Shown: piece after piece, positions 55,465 to 64,000 of the stretch
Layout: each line of letters begins with the position of its first letter
Numbering within the stretch: the first letter of the stretch is position 1
From: Rubripirellula sp.
GTDB taxonomy: Bacteria > Planctomycetota > Planctomycetia > Pirellulales > Pirellulaceae
Assembly: GCA_965216875.1 (NCBI GenBank)
Contig: OZ244207.1
Coordinates: forward strand, 7,776,001-7,840,000
DNA length: 64,000 bases
Direction: 5' to 3'
Position numbers and translations under genes: made by a program
The notes under the pieces: generated by a model
What the model was told of the DNA's origin: nothing
What the model saw: the letters and a program-made list of their open reading frames with translations, nothing else
Databases searched by the model: none

Positions 55465-57452
55465 CTCGCTTGACCTGCTGATAAGTCGGGGCGTGTTGAA
55501 ACGTTGGGGCGTGAGAATGCTTTGTGGGGCAAGTCTTCGGCAACATGAACGTCTTCGATCATGCCTTGGAAGTTGGATTGTCCAAAGTAGCCTTGGCCAA
55601 CTTGAGGCGTGCTACTGACGCCCGTGGGTCTGCGTTGGTCTGATGGGCTTGCTGGGCCACTCGATTGGACGGGAGCGGGTACGGGAAGCTGTTCCACTTC
55701 AACCGGATCAAAGTATTGGATCGAGGTCGGCGTCGTGTCCGTTTTGTCCAGAATGGTTGTTGGCAAACAGTTTTCGCATCCGCGACCCACTTCGACGTGT
55801 TCGGCTTCGAGCAGCGTTCCGTCAGCACGTTTCAGGTTGATGAGGGACAAGCCGTAGGTGGTTTCCGCTTCGAGGAATGCAAACTCGGTCGCGGCCAAAC
55901 GTTCTTGAGCGCGAAGGAGGTCTTCCAAGTAGAGATTGACCGAGCGTTCTTCACCGCCCAAACGACGCCAGCGGCCTTCGATGTAATCAACTTCTTCACC
56001 TGCTGCACGCATCGATTGATACTTGGCGAGCATGTCTTGGTAACCGGTCTCGACTTCACGGATCGCGACCTTAACTTCAAGCATCAACGTTTCGACCGTC
56101 GCCTTGAACTGGTTTTGAAGCTGTCGCAGTTCGAGTTGACGACGGCGCAAACGGGCTTTGGCGGCCCGACGGCCGATCGGAACCTCGTAAGTCAATGCGG
56201 CGCTATAGCTTGGTTCACCCACGCTGAATTGATCGACCCAAGCACCACCAATGTCGCTGTTGCCACGAAGGCCTGAGACGTACGCATCGAGCACGACATC
56301 CAGTTGCGGCAACAACTCATTGCGGCTCATGCCAAGTCGGACCGAAGCGGCACGAATCTGACGCAGGGATTGGTTCAATTCTGGACGACGGTCGAGTGCG
56401 GTCGAAAGCGTCGTGACCGGGTCGGTGGCAATGTGGTCGCGCGTTGGCCGATCAACGGGGACGATTTCCAAACCTTCGGTCAACGCGAGTTCCGGATCGT
56501 TGATCAGTGCATTCAAACGATCTTGTGAGTTGCGGATCGCCATTTGTGCTCGCACCAACTCACTGCGACGTTGGAAAACCGCTGCTTCGGTACGAATCAA
56601 CTGACTTTGAACAGTGTCGATCGACGCACGCGCTCGAAGTTCTGATTCGATCTTTTCAGCACGCTCGAGAAGTCGTTGCTTCTGCAAGAGTGAACCGCGT
56701 TCGAGGTAGAGCGCCCAATAAGCGCGAGCGATCTCGAGAAGGTGACTTTGCAGCTGGCGACTGAATTCGTCGTTCGACACAGACGCATCGATATCAGCGA
56801 GGACAATCAGGCTCTTGTTGTAGACTTCGCCAGCGCCACGCAGCAAGGGTTGTGTGTAGTTGACGTTCCAGCGCGAAGTGCCCTGGTTGTTGGGTTGGAA
56901 GAAATTGCTGTTGTTGTTTTGGTGCGCAATCCGCTGGCTCGTTTCGAACGTTCCACCTTTTGTGTTGCGCCGCGAAACACCTGCCGAGCTGCTCCAAAGG
57001 TGGTCGCGATAGCGCGGAGACCCACCGGTGGTCAAAATGTTGCCGACCGGATCGCTGATGTCGTCCCAGCGAGTGTCGAGGAACAGTTTCCAGTCGAAGG
57101 CCGCTTGGGCTTCATCAACCGCTGTCTCACGGATCAGTGGCAAGTCGCCAAACACCTTGACCTGCGCCGAGTGCTGGAGCGCTCGGTAAAGTAGTTCGTC
57201 AAGGGTTGCTTGTATGACCGGTCCACGTTCGACAATCGAGCCTTGCATGTCGTCTTGCCACCATGGTAAGTACGATGCAGGCAGTTTTTGTTGGTGTGGA
57301 GCGGTTGAGTGTTCGAGGTTGTGTGCGGCCAGCGGTATGCGTTGACGGTACTGGTCACGCAACCCGCCTTGGTATTGTTGGGCGTTCGCCTTTCCCAACA
57401 ATAGCAGTGGCCAGATGACCAAGGTCATCAAGGTTGTGGCGCGAATAAACAA
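55461..57452 (-). CDS. TolC-family outer membrane channel
   Basis: Signal peptide, YTQPLLRGAG, AYWALY, RPEL, NELLPQLD, YEVPIGRR. Confidence 0.9.
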   Translation of the reverse strand: MFIRATTLMTLVIWPLLLLGKANAQQYQGGLRDQYRQRIPLAAHNLEHSTAPHQQKLPASYLPWWQDDMQGSIVERGPVIQATLDELLYRALQHSAQVKVFGDLPLIRETAVDEAQAAFDWKLFLDTRWDDISDPVGNILTTGGSPRYRDHLWSSSAGVSRRNTKGGTFETSQRIAHQNNNSNFFQPNNQGTSRWNVNYTQPLLRGAGEVYNKSLIVLADIDASVSNDEFSRQLQSHLLEIARAYWALYLERGSLLQKQRLLERAEKIESELRARASIDTVQSQLIRTEAAVFQRRSELVRAQMAIRNSQDRLNALINDPELALTEGLEIVPVDRPTRDHIATDPVTTLSTALDRRPELNQSLRQIRAASVRLGMSRNELLPQLDVVLDAYVSGLRGNSDIGGAWVDQFSVGEPSYSAALTYEVPIGRRAAKARLRRRQLELRQLQNQFKATVETLMLEVKVAIREVETGYQDMLAKYQSMRAAGEEVDYIEGRWRRLGGEERSVNLYLEDLLRAQERLAATEFAFLEAETTYGLSLINLKRADGTLLEAEHVEVGRGCENCLPTTILDKTDTTPTSIQYFDPVEVEQLPVPAPVQSSGPASPSDQRRPTGVSSTPQVGQGYFGQSNFQGMIEDVHVAEDLPHKAFSRPNVSTRPDLSAGQAR

Positions 57453-58043
57453 GGGACAGTATCCTTCCTAATACCCTTTGCCAAGCACATCGAATCTGCT
57501 CAACGTTTCCGTTTGTGTGGGGATGCGCCAACATCCATCGGCGCTGTTGCACAGAAATCTGCGCAACCCCAATCGATCGGTATCGTTAAGCCTGCATGTG
57601 AAACGGGATTCGAGTCCCCATGCCGGCAAATGTGGGTACAGACCATCCTCCTTGATGGTCTCAAGGTTCGACCCGTCAATGAAGACGTGTGGGGAAGCCG
57701 ATCCTCATCAAAGTTTATCGACACCCCCGAAATTCGATTTTGCGAAGACAACCGCCGTTTGGCAAATGTGCCAGCGGTGGGGTGCGAGGAACGGTAGAAC
57801 TGGAACATCCCAAACCCCCAACTGCTAAAGTTGAGCATGTGGAGTGGTTCGGTCGTGGTGACTGTTCCGGTTAGCGCTCGGCCTATCGCAGTTTTGACGA
57901 GACCAACGAATGTGTCGCCAACTGCCCCGCACCGATCTTCACACCGACCAGGGGGGGCGATTATCGGGTGTTATGGGCAACTTGGTCGTGCCCGCCGACC
58001 CAACCTGGGGCCGAGAAAACCCTGATGAAATTCGGTTGACTTG

Positions 58044-58100
58044 GTAGTGGACGAGGCCACGAGTCCCGTCAGTCTCGTAGTGGACGAGGCCACGAGTCCC
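58044..58100. repeat. GTAG-type REP, two direct copies
   Basis: GTAGTGGACGAGGCCACGAGTCCC at 58044-58067 and 58077-58100; degenerate inverted partners near 58143 and 58170. Confidence 0.85.
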
Positions 58101-58200
58101 TTTCGTTCCGTCCTCACTCCGATGAGAAGCTTTAACGATTAGAGGACGCGTGGCTTGCACGAATGAAAAGGGACTCGATGTCCACAACCGCTATGCCGTT

Positions 58201-59001
58201 CTAGTCGGCCATTTCCCAAATGTAAGCGGCGTGCACGATATCGGAGATTTCGAGCGAGTAATGCGTCCGACGTTCGACGAACTTCGATTCTTTCTTCGTT
58301 TCGGTGTAGCTGCGTTTGCCGCGGACCAGACCGAGCACGAGCGGTAAGCCGTCGGCCGAACGCTCGGTGGCATGGATCACTGGGCCACCACTGTCGCCAC
58401 CCCAGGCAGTGATATCGGCCATGAAGAAGGTGTGCGAATCAATGGGGGCAAGCGGAAAGCTCGCGATGCTGCCACTGCGCACGATCGGAAATCCAGCGTT
58501 GTTTGATTCGAGTCGCTCGGGATAGACCGCGGCGCGAATGCTGTCGCCCACGAAGACTCGTTCGAGATCTTTTTCCCTTGCAAAGCAGGTCACCGGAATC
58601 GGCGAGACATTGATGTCCTTTGGCAGCGGGAAGATCGCGATGTCATGCTTGGGGTGTTTCTTCCAGAGGCGGCGACCGTCGTCATCGCGAATTCGAAGCG
58701 GAACATCGACCCGTTGGTATTGTTTGTCCTCACGCAATTTACGCGTGACAAGGATCATCTTGGTGCCCTTCATATGATCAAGCACGTGATGGGCGGTCAC
58801 GATTGCGATCTTGTCACTTCCGTCTTCGTGTTTGCCGAAGGAGACAGCCAAGCCACCGGCAGTCGATGCATCGTTAAAAAGTTTGTGCGTTGCCAAGACA
58901 AGTCGTTGGGTCGCTTCATCGGCCCGAAGGATTTTAGGCGTCGCGAAGCTGAAACCGAACACAGTGACGATCGCGAGGACGACAGAGTGGACTTTCATCA
59001 T
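58201..59001 (-). CDS. Secreted trypsin-like serine protease
   Basis: Signal peptide, VTAHH, DIAI, GDSGGPV triad. Confidence 0.9.
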   Translation of the reverse strand: MMKVHSVVLAIVTVFGFSFATPKILRADEATQRLVLATHKLFNDASTAGGLAVSFGKHEDGSDKIAIVTAHHVLDHMKGTKMILVTRKLREDKQYQRVDVPLRIRDDDGRRLWKKHPKHDIAIFPLPKDINVSPIPVTCFAREKDLERVFVGDSIRAAVYPERLESNNAGFPIVRSGSIASFPLAPIDSHTFFMADITAWGGDSGGPVIHATERSADGLPLVLGLVRGKRSYTETKKESKFVERRTHYSLEISDIVHAAYIWEMAD

Positions 59002-59040
59002 GCTGAAGAAACTCTTGGGAAGTGAATCGTAGCGGGCTTG

Positions 59041-59397
59041 CTAGGAAGGGTTTGGAATGTACCGGTTCATCAGTTCGGCGTAGTCTTCTCGTACCGGACT
59101 GAAGACATCAAGCACCAACGCGGGACCGCCAATCGCCGTCGCTTTGTGCGGGACGTTTGGCGGAATGATAAACATCGAACGTGGTTGGACGGTCCGAGTT
59201 TCGTCACCGATTGTCAGCTCTAGGCATCCTTCAAGCAACATGCCAGCCTGCTCATGCGGATGATCGTGAAGGGGGATGGTGGCGCCTTCGTCCATCTCGA
59301 GGTAGGAGAGCATGAGGTTTTCGCCATAAGGTGTTCGCAACCGGCACCCTGGAACGACTTCTTGGGGGGCAATGTCTTTGGCGTCGATGAAAGGCAT
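59041..59397 (-). CDS. Cupin domain protein
   Basis: PLHDHPHEQ...G.L and IPPNVPH, DVFSPVREDY. Confidence 0.9.
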   Translation of the reverse strand: MPFIDAKDIAPQEVVPGCRLRTPYGENLMLSYLEMDEGATIPLHDHPHEQAGMLLEGCLELTIGDETRTVQPRSMFIIPPNVPHKATAIGGPALVLDVFSPVREDYAELMNRYIPNPS

Positions 59398-59527
59398 TTC
59401 GATCACATCCCTTGCTGATTCGCGAGCGGTCGTCGCTGTTTTTGGCCCTGTTGGTTTTGGAGCACTTCAAAAACTATCATAGGGACTCGGTTACTCAGGT
59501 CCATGTCTTTGTCGGAATCGCTTTCGA

Positions 59528-59989
59528 ATGGTTGGTCGAATAGGCATCCGTTTGTTGATCGTCGTGCCGACGCTGTTTCTCGGCGGATGTTCGGATGGTC
59601 CCGAAACGTATCCGGTGCGCGGTTTGGTGCAGTTCACCGATGGCAAATTGCTACAGCAAGGCGTTGTCGAATTCTCGACGGGATCCGACTTCGATTCGGT
59701 GACGGCGCGCGGACGTATTGCGCCCGATGGATCCTTTACGCTGGGGACCTACGACGTTGATGATGGCGCCGTTCCAGGCTCGCATCGCGTCGTGGTGATA
59801 TCGGACCATGTGATCGGCAATGGAACGGAACGACCTGGATTGATTGAACAGTCGCGTGTACATCCCAAACACAGGCTGTACCGGACTTCGGAACTCGAGT
59901 TCACCGTCGAGGCGAAGGAGAACGAGTTCATCGTCCAAGTCGAATATGCGCCCCTCGAAGAGGAAGACGAACCAGGAGAGGATGGGTGA
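59528..59989 (+). CDS. Planctomycete lipoprotein, carboxypeptidase-regulatory-like fold
   Basis: Lipobox LGGC, YPVRGLV, DGSFTLGTY...GAVPGSHRVVV, TSELEFTV. Confidence 0.85.
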   Translation: MVGRIGIRLLIVVPTLFLGGCSDGPETYPVRGLVQFTDGKLLQQGVVEFSTGSDFDSVTARGRIAPDGSFTLGTYDVDDGAVPGSHRVVVISDHVIGNGTERPGLIEQSRVHPKHRLYRTSELEFTVEAKENEFIVQVEYAPLEEEDEPGEDG

Positions 59990-60095
59990 CGAGGGTAGCC
60001 ACCCGTTCGTAGTACCGAGCTTTAGCCGGAATCTTCTCGCGTTTCGTCCAAAGACGGGACACCTGCAAACTGTCATGCGGAGCATGACCTACGGT

Positions 60096-62324
60096 CTAGC
60101 CTCGTCGCGAGAGCACGATGATGGGGCAATTGGTGCGGCGGACGAGTTCACGGGTGAACGACCCGAATAACTTTTCTTTGGGTCCGAGTCGTTGAATTCC
60201 AAGGATCAGCAGGCCTGACTCTTGGGCTTGTTCGACGACGGCGTCGACGGCATCGTCGCTTCTCAATAGCAGCCGTTCGCATTGTCCCTTGATGTTGTCG
60301 CGTGCGAGTTTGGCAAGGTCGCGTTTGGCGCGATTGAATTCTTTGCTCGATGTGTTTTCTGGAACCGCACGCATGAAGGTGACGCGCCGCTTTTCTTCCC
60401 GCGAGAGGCTTCCGAGGAGTCGCGTCAAAAGTCGGTCGTGGCCGCCGCGTCCGGCGACCGGGACAAGGATCTTTTTGGCGTCAGAGAGTTTCCATTGTTC
60501 GGGCGCTCGCAGCACAACCACATCGGTGTCGAGCTCGCTCAATAGGCTTTCAAGGGGACTGCTCTGGTTCTCTTCGTCAATCGAACTCATGCCCAGAAGG
60601 ACCGACTCACATCGATGCAATTGGGCGACCCGTGCGATCTCTTGCATCGGTTCGGGGCCAACGGTGGTGAGCGTCTCGACACGCGTGCCCACGCTTGCCG
60701 ATGCATTAAGCAGTTCTCGCAAGACTTCATGTGAGCGTTCGATCGGTTTGGCATCCTCGGCAGGGCTCCAGCCGCTGGGCGCAACGACAACGCTTTGAAT
60801 AAGGACTCGGCCATAGGAGGCCGGAACGAGAACGTCGGCCAAAGCGATCATCGCTTGCGCGTTGTGAGGGTTTGCGATTGGAACCAGCACGAGGGGCGCG
60901 CGGCCTCGCAGAGCCAAGAGTTCAGGATCTGCGGCGACGTCGCGTACGTCGACGAGTCTCGCTTGGCGGGCAAAGAGGGAAAGGAAGAGCAAACCGCCAA
61001 CGCTCAACCAGATCACGGCAATCGTTCCAGCGGTCGGAACGGCAAAGCCTTGAAAGACGGCCAACGCGATGCAACTGAAGCCACCGACGATTGGTACCAA
61101 AGGAAACAGTGGCACGCGAAAGGGAGGCGGTACGCGCGTGCTGCGCAATCGCACAAGGACCGACAACCAATGGGCGATCGCGAACGTCATGAGAAAGATC
61201 AGACTCGACGCGGCACCTGCGGCGGCCACGTCGGGCAAAAGCAACGACAGCACAATCACCAGGATGCCTGTGACGGCGATCGCGCAAGTGGGCGATCGTC
61301 GATTGGCACTTAGTTTGGCAAGGATCGGCGGTAACGTGTTGTCTTCGGCCATCGCGCGTGCGATGTGGGAAGCAGCGAAGAGGTTGGCTTGAAGGGCTGT
61401 GAACATCGAAAGCACAGCGGCAACGATCACGAGCCAGTAGCCCGAAGTGCCCAGAAAGTTTTTGGCCGCGATCGCAACAATCTCTTCTGGATGACGCTGC
61501 GCCGCCGCGAGTACCGATTCTCCTGGAGGAACGCCGACGGTCGTGATCACAAACAGGAGTGGCAAGTAGATTCCGAGTGCGATGGCGAGCGAAAAGATCA
61601 TCGCTCGCGGGATTGTGCGTTTCGCATCTCGAACTTCACCGCCCACCGCGGCGATCAAGTCGAATCCCTGCAACGCAATGAAGCTGTAACCCATCGCCTG
61701 AATCAGCCCCAACGCTCCGCCGGAAAAGAAGGGTCGCAAAGCGACATGAGTCTCGGCGACCGGTTGGCGACTGACGGCCCAAAATCCGCCAATGATCAGG
61801 ATTCCAAAGACGGCAACCTTGGCAACGTTGGCCCACTGACCGCCGCCAGCCGAGGTGAGCATCATCATCAGGGACAAGCCGATGGTCGCGCCCACGGCGA
61901 CGACGGGGATCGCCCAACCTGTTCCCATCCACTCGGGAACCTGCCGGCCAAATGCGAGACAAATCTCGCTCGCCATGACCAATAGGAAGTGTGCGAATCC
62001 GAGCGCATACAAAACGGCGGCGACGACCGAGGCGAACCAGACGACCCAGCCCACGGTGAAAGCAGCCTCGACCGAGAGGACTTTACGGCTGAAGGTATAG
62101 GTCCCGCCCGACTCGGGAAACCGCGACGCCATTTCGGCAAAACTCAAAGCGGTCAGCAGCGCGATAACGCCGTTTAGGGCAAAGGCGAGCATTGCTGACG
62201 GACCGGTCGTCGAGAAGGCAACGCCGGCGAGAGCGAGGATGCCTCCGCCAACGATCGCTCCAACGCCAACTCCGGTCGCGCCGAATAGCCCCAATTTCTT
62301 CGCTGATTGATCACTCGCATCCAT
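60096..62324 (-). CDS. APC amino-acid permease fused to universal stress protein domains
   Basis: GVGAIVGGGI, AEMASRFPESGG.Y, about 12 TM, then VLVPIANP and ILVPVAG...FGS...CP. Confidence 0.92.
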   Translation of the reverse strand: MDASDQSAKKLGLFGATGVGVGAIVGGGILALAGVAFSTTGPSAMLAFALNGVIALLTALSFAEMASRFPESGGTYTFSRKVLSVEAAFTVGWVVWFASVVAAVLYALGFAHFLLVMASEICLAFGRQVPEWMGTGWAIPVVAVGATIGLSLMMMLTSAGGGQWANVAKVAVFGILIIGGFWAVSRQPVAETHVALRPFFSGGALGLIQAMGYSFIALQGFDLIAAVGGEVRDAKRTIPRAMIFSLAIALGIYLPLLFVITTVGVPPGESVLAAAQRHPEEIVAIAAKNFLGTSGYWLVIVAAVLSMFTALQANLFAASHIARAMAEDNTLPPILAKLSANRRSPTCAIAVTGILVIVLSLLLPDVAAAGAASSLIFLMTFAIAHWLSVLVRLRSTRVPPPFRVPLFPLVPIVGGFSCIALAVFQGFAVPTAGTIAVIWLSVGGLLFLSLFARQARLVDVRDVAADPELLALRGRAPLVLVPIANPHNAQAMIALADVLVPASYGRVLIQSVVVAPSGWSPAEDAKPIERSHEVLRELLNASASVGTRVETLTTVGPEPMQEIARVAQLHRCESVLLGMSSIDEENQSSPLESLLSELDTDVVVLRAPEQWKLSDAKKILVPVAGRGGHDRLLTRLLGSLSREEKRRVTFMRAVPENTSSKEFNRAKRDLAKLARDNIKGQCERLLLRSDDAVDAVVEQAQESGLLILGIQRLGPKEKLFGSFTRELVRRTNCPIIVLSRRG

Positions 62325-62367
62325 GACCCACTTTTTTCCATGAATGGGCCCAATCCGTCAATCGCGG

Positions 62368-63669
62368 TTAAACCTCTGGTTGCCAACCGTCCGCATATTC
62401 ACGGGACCAAAATCTTTCCGCTTCGTCGTTTCCGATGACGTGTCCGTCGTCCGGATTGGTCTTCAACACGCTGTTGGTTCGATAAGCGATGTTGCCCAGG
62501 TGACACATCAGCGTGCTTCGATGAGCCTTTTCGATATCGGCGTTGGGCCGGCGTCCTGTGCGAAGTGCGTCGAGAAAGTCGGCGAAGTGGTCTGCATCAC
62601 CGCCGGGGCCTGACTCGACCGCCTTTTCTTTGTTGCGAATGTCGTACAGCGCGTAGCCGCTGCCGTTGATCACGACCGAGCCTTCGGTCCCATGAACGCT
62701 GATGCCGAACCCGGAGTCATGCGGGCCGAGCGGCGACCAACTGAGTCCTTCCCAAGTGATCGTTTTGTTACCAGGAAAGTCGTAGGTGACCATCATGGTG
62801 TCGGGCGTTTCCTGGTCGTCGTCGTGGCGATACTTGCCGCCACCCGCGGTGATACGCGTGGGATAAGTGACGTCCATCGCCCAACGTGCGACATCGAGTC
62901 CGTGGACGCCATTATTGCCAAGTTCGCCGTTGCCCCAGTGCCAATGCCAATGCCAGTTGTAGTGCACGACATTGTCTTTGAACGGAGTCCTCGGTGCCGG
63001 GCCCTGCCAGAGTTCCCAATCGAGCCAGCCGGGGATTTCCGTGTTCTTGCCCTTGCCAATCGACCCACGGCGGTTGTTGTACCAAGTCCTTGCGTAGAGC
63101 GTCTGACCGATTTCGCCGGCATGAATCCGCTCGACCGCTTCGACGATCTTTGGCCAGGTGCGACGTTGCGTTCCCATCTGTACGACGCGGTTGTTTTTGC
63201 GGGCCGCCTGGACAGCCCATTCGCCTTCGGCTGGCGTGTGACTACAAGGTTTCTCGACGTACACATGTTTTCCCGCGGTGCAGGCCAGGATCGTTGCCGG
63301 CGCATGCCAGTGGTTGGGGGCTGCAACGATCAAGGCGTCGACATCCTTGTCATCGAGAATCCGACGGAAATCGACAACGCTCTTGGGACGCTTGCCTTGA
63401 TCTTTTTCCACCGCATCAGTTACTCGACCGAGAGCACGCGAGTCGACGTCACAGACGTAGCCGATCTCGGTTTGTGATGCTCGCGTCATGCCTCGTGCGA
63501 TCGCGGCCCCGCGTCCGTTGACGCCCATCACACCGAGCACCACTTTTTCATTCGGCGATGTAGATGCGTTGGGAGTTTCCTGCGAAGAAACGTGAGGTTG
63601 AAACGCTGCCGTTGCCGCCAATGCGGCACTCCCTTGAAGGAACAATCGTCGGTCGCTGCGAAGATTCAT
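62368..63669 (-). CDS. Gfo/Idh/MocA oxidoreductase, Tat-exported
   Basis: DRRLFL, GVNGRG, APNHWH, YVEKP, QMGTQRR; start 63669. Confidence 0.92.
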   Translation of the reverse strand: MNLRSDRRLFLQGSAALAATAAFQPHVSSQETPNASTSPNEKVVLGVMGVNGRGAAIARGMTRASQTEIGYVCDVDSRALGRVTDAVEKDQGKRPKSVVDFRRILDDKDVDALIVAAPNHWHAPATILACTAGKHVYVEKPCSHTPAEGEWAVQAARKNNRVVQMGTQRRTWPKIVEAVERIHAGEIGQTLYARTWYNNRRGSIGKGKNTEIPGWLDWELWQGPAPRTPFKDNVVHYNWHWHWHWGNGELGNNGVHGLDVARWAMDVTYPTRITAGGGKYRHDDDQETPDTMMVTYDFPGNKTITWEGLSWSPLGPHDSGFGISVHGTEGSVVINGSGYALYDIRNKEKAVESGPGGDADHFADFLDALRTGRRPNADIEKAHRSTLMCHLGNIAYRTNSVLKTNPDDGHVIGNDEAERFWSREYADGWQPEV

Positions 63670-63731
63670 GGTGACGTGCTCGTGCGGAAGGTTGGATGCG
63701 AAAAACAAATCGTCGGAGGAAGGTTCGCGAA

Positions 63732-64000
63732 CTACGTTCGCCGGATGGCAGCATGGATGTGCGGTTTGCTGCTGCCAACGACTTCCAACGGCTGTCTGTC
63801 GCGAAAGTCGTCGGCGGTGTTTTTGGCTCGAGCGTGGTCGTATCCACCTCGGTGAGCGTGCAAAAGGAACCGCCATGTCGTTGGTTCGTCACGCGTCAGC
63901 ATCACCGGCGCATCCCTAGAGACCGAGGCGTTCATCCACCCGTCGTCGCGCACGTGCCACTTGTTGGGAAAAGTGAGATTGCTTGGGTGGTCAAAGTAGG
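63732..64000 (-). CDS. PmoA/DUF6807-like protein, 3' end; gene starts beyond the window
   Basis: Frame is open to the window edge: YFDHPSNLTFPNKWHVRDDGW...WRFLLHAHRG. Confidence 0.75.
   Translation of the reverse strand, partial: YFDHPSNLTFPNKWHVRDDGWMNASVSRDAPVMLTRDEPTTWRFLLHAHRGGYDHARAKNTADDFRDRQPLEVVGSSKPHIHAAIRRT

Noticed and set aside
57755..57780. Sigma-54 promoter TGGCAC...TTGC for the export cluster
   Set aside because: GG-to-GC spacing is 7 nt rather than the required 10.
58005..58040. Hammerhead-like CTGATGA/GAAA motif
   Set aside because: I could not build the required stems around the core.

Overview
A 64-kb gene-dense chromosomal segment. The gene families (PVC-type CxxCH proteins, TIGR02996, DUF1598, DUF1592/DUF1552, sulfatase, Tat-exported Gfo/Idh/MocA enzymes) point to a planctomycete, probably Pirellulaceae. 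All family calls come from motif reading, not database searches. Most of the window is ordinary metabolism and planctomycete-specific hypotheticals. Five parts stand out. (1) 50195-57452: a tightly linked minus-strand five-gene export cluster (TolC, adaptor, DUF3467-like protein, GAF-like adaptor, winged-helix/M50 peptidase/adaptor fusion) with no ABC ATPase or RND pump, a candidate non-canonical type-I-like secretion system. (2) 14755-23044: a YqiJ-like / flotillin / 1753-aa AAA+ ATPase operon downstream of a site-2 protease gene. (3) A stand-alone tRNA-Sec (8437-8530) with an accessory islet on its 5' side (ankyrin gene bracketed by a 39-bp direct repeat, metallophosphoesterase, ECF sigma with a soluble partner). 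(4) An 870-bp array of alternating short and long REP-like palindromic units (25974-26845). (5) A small L,D-transpeptidase-like protein with Asn in place of the catalytic Cys (30341-30706). I found no CRISPR array, rRNA, transposase or integrase.
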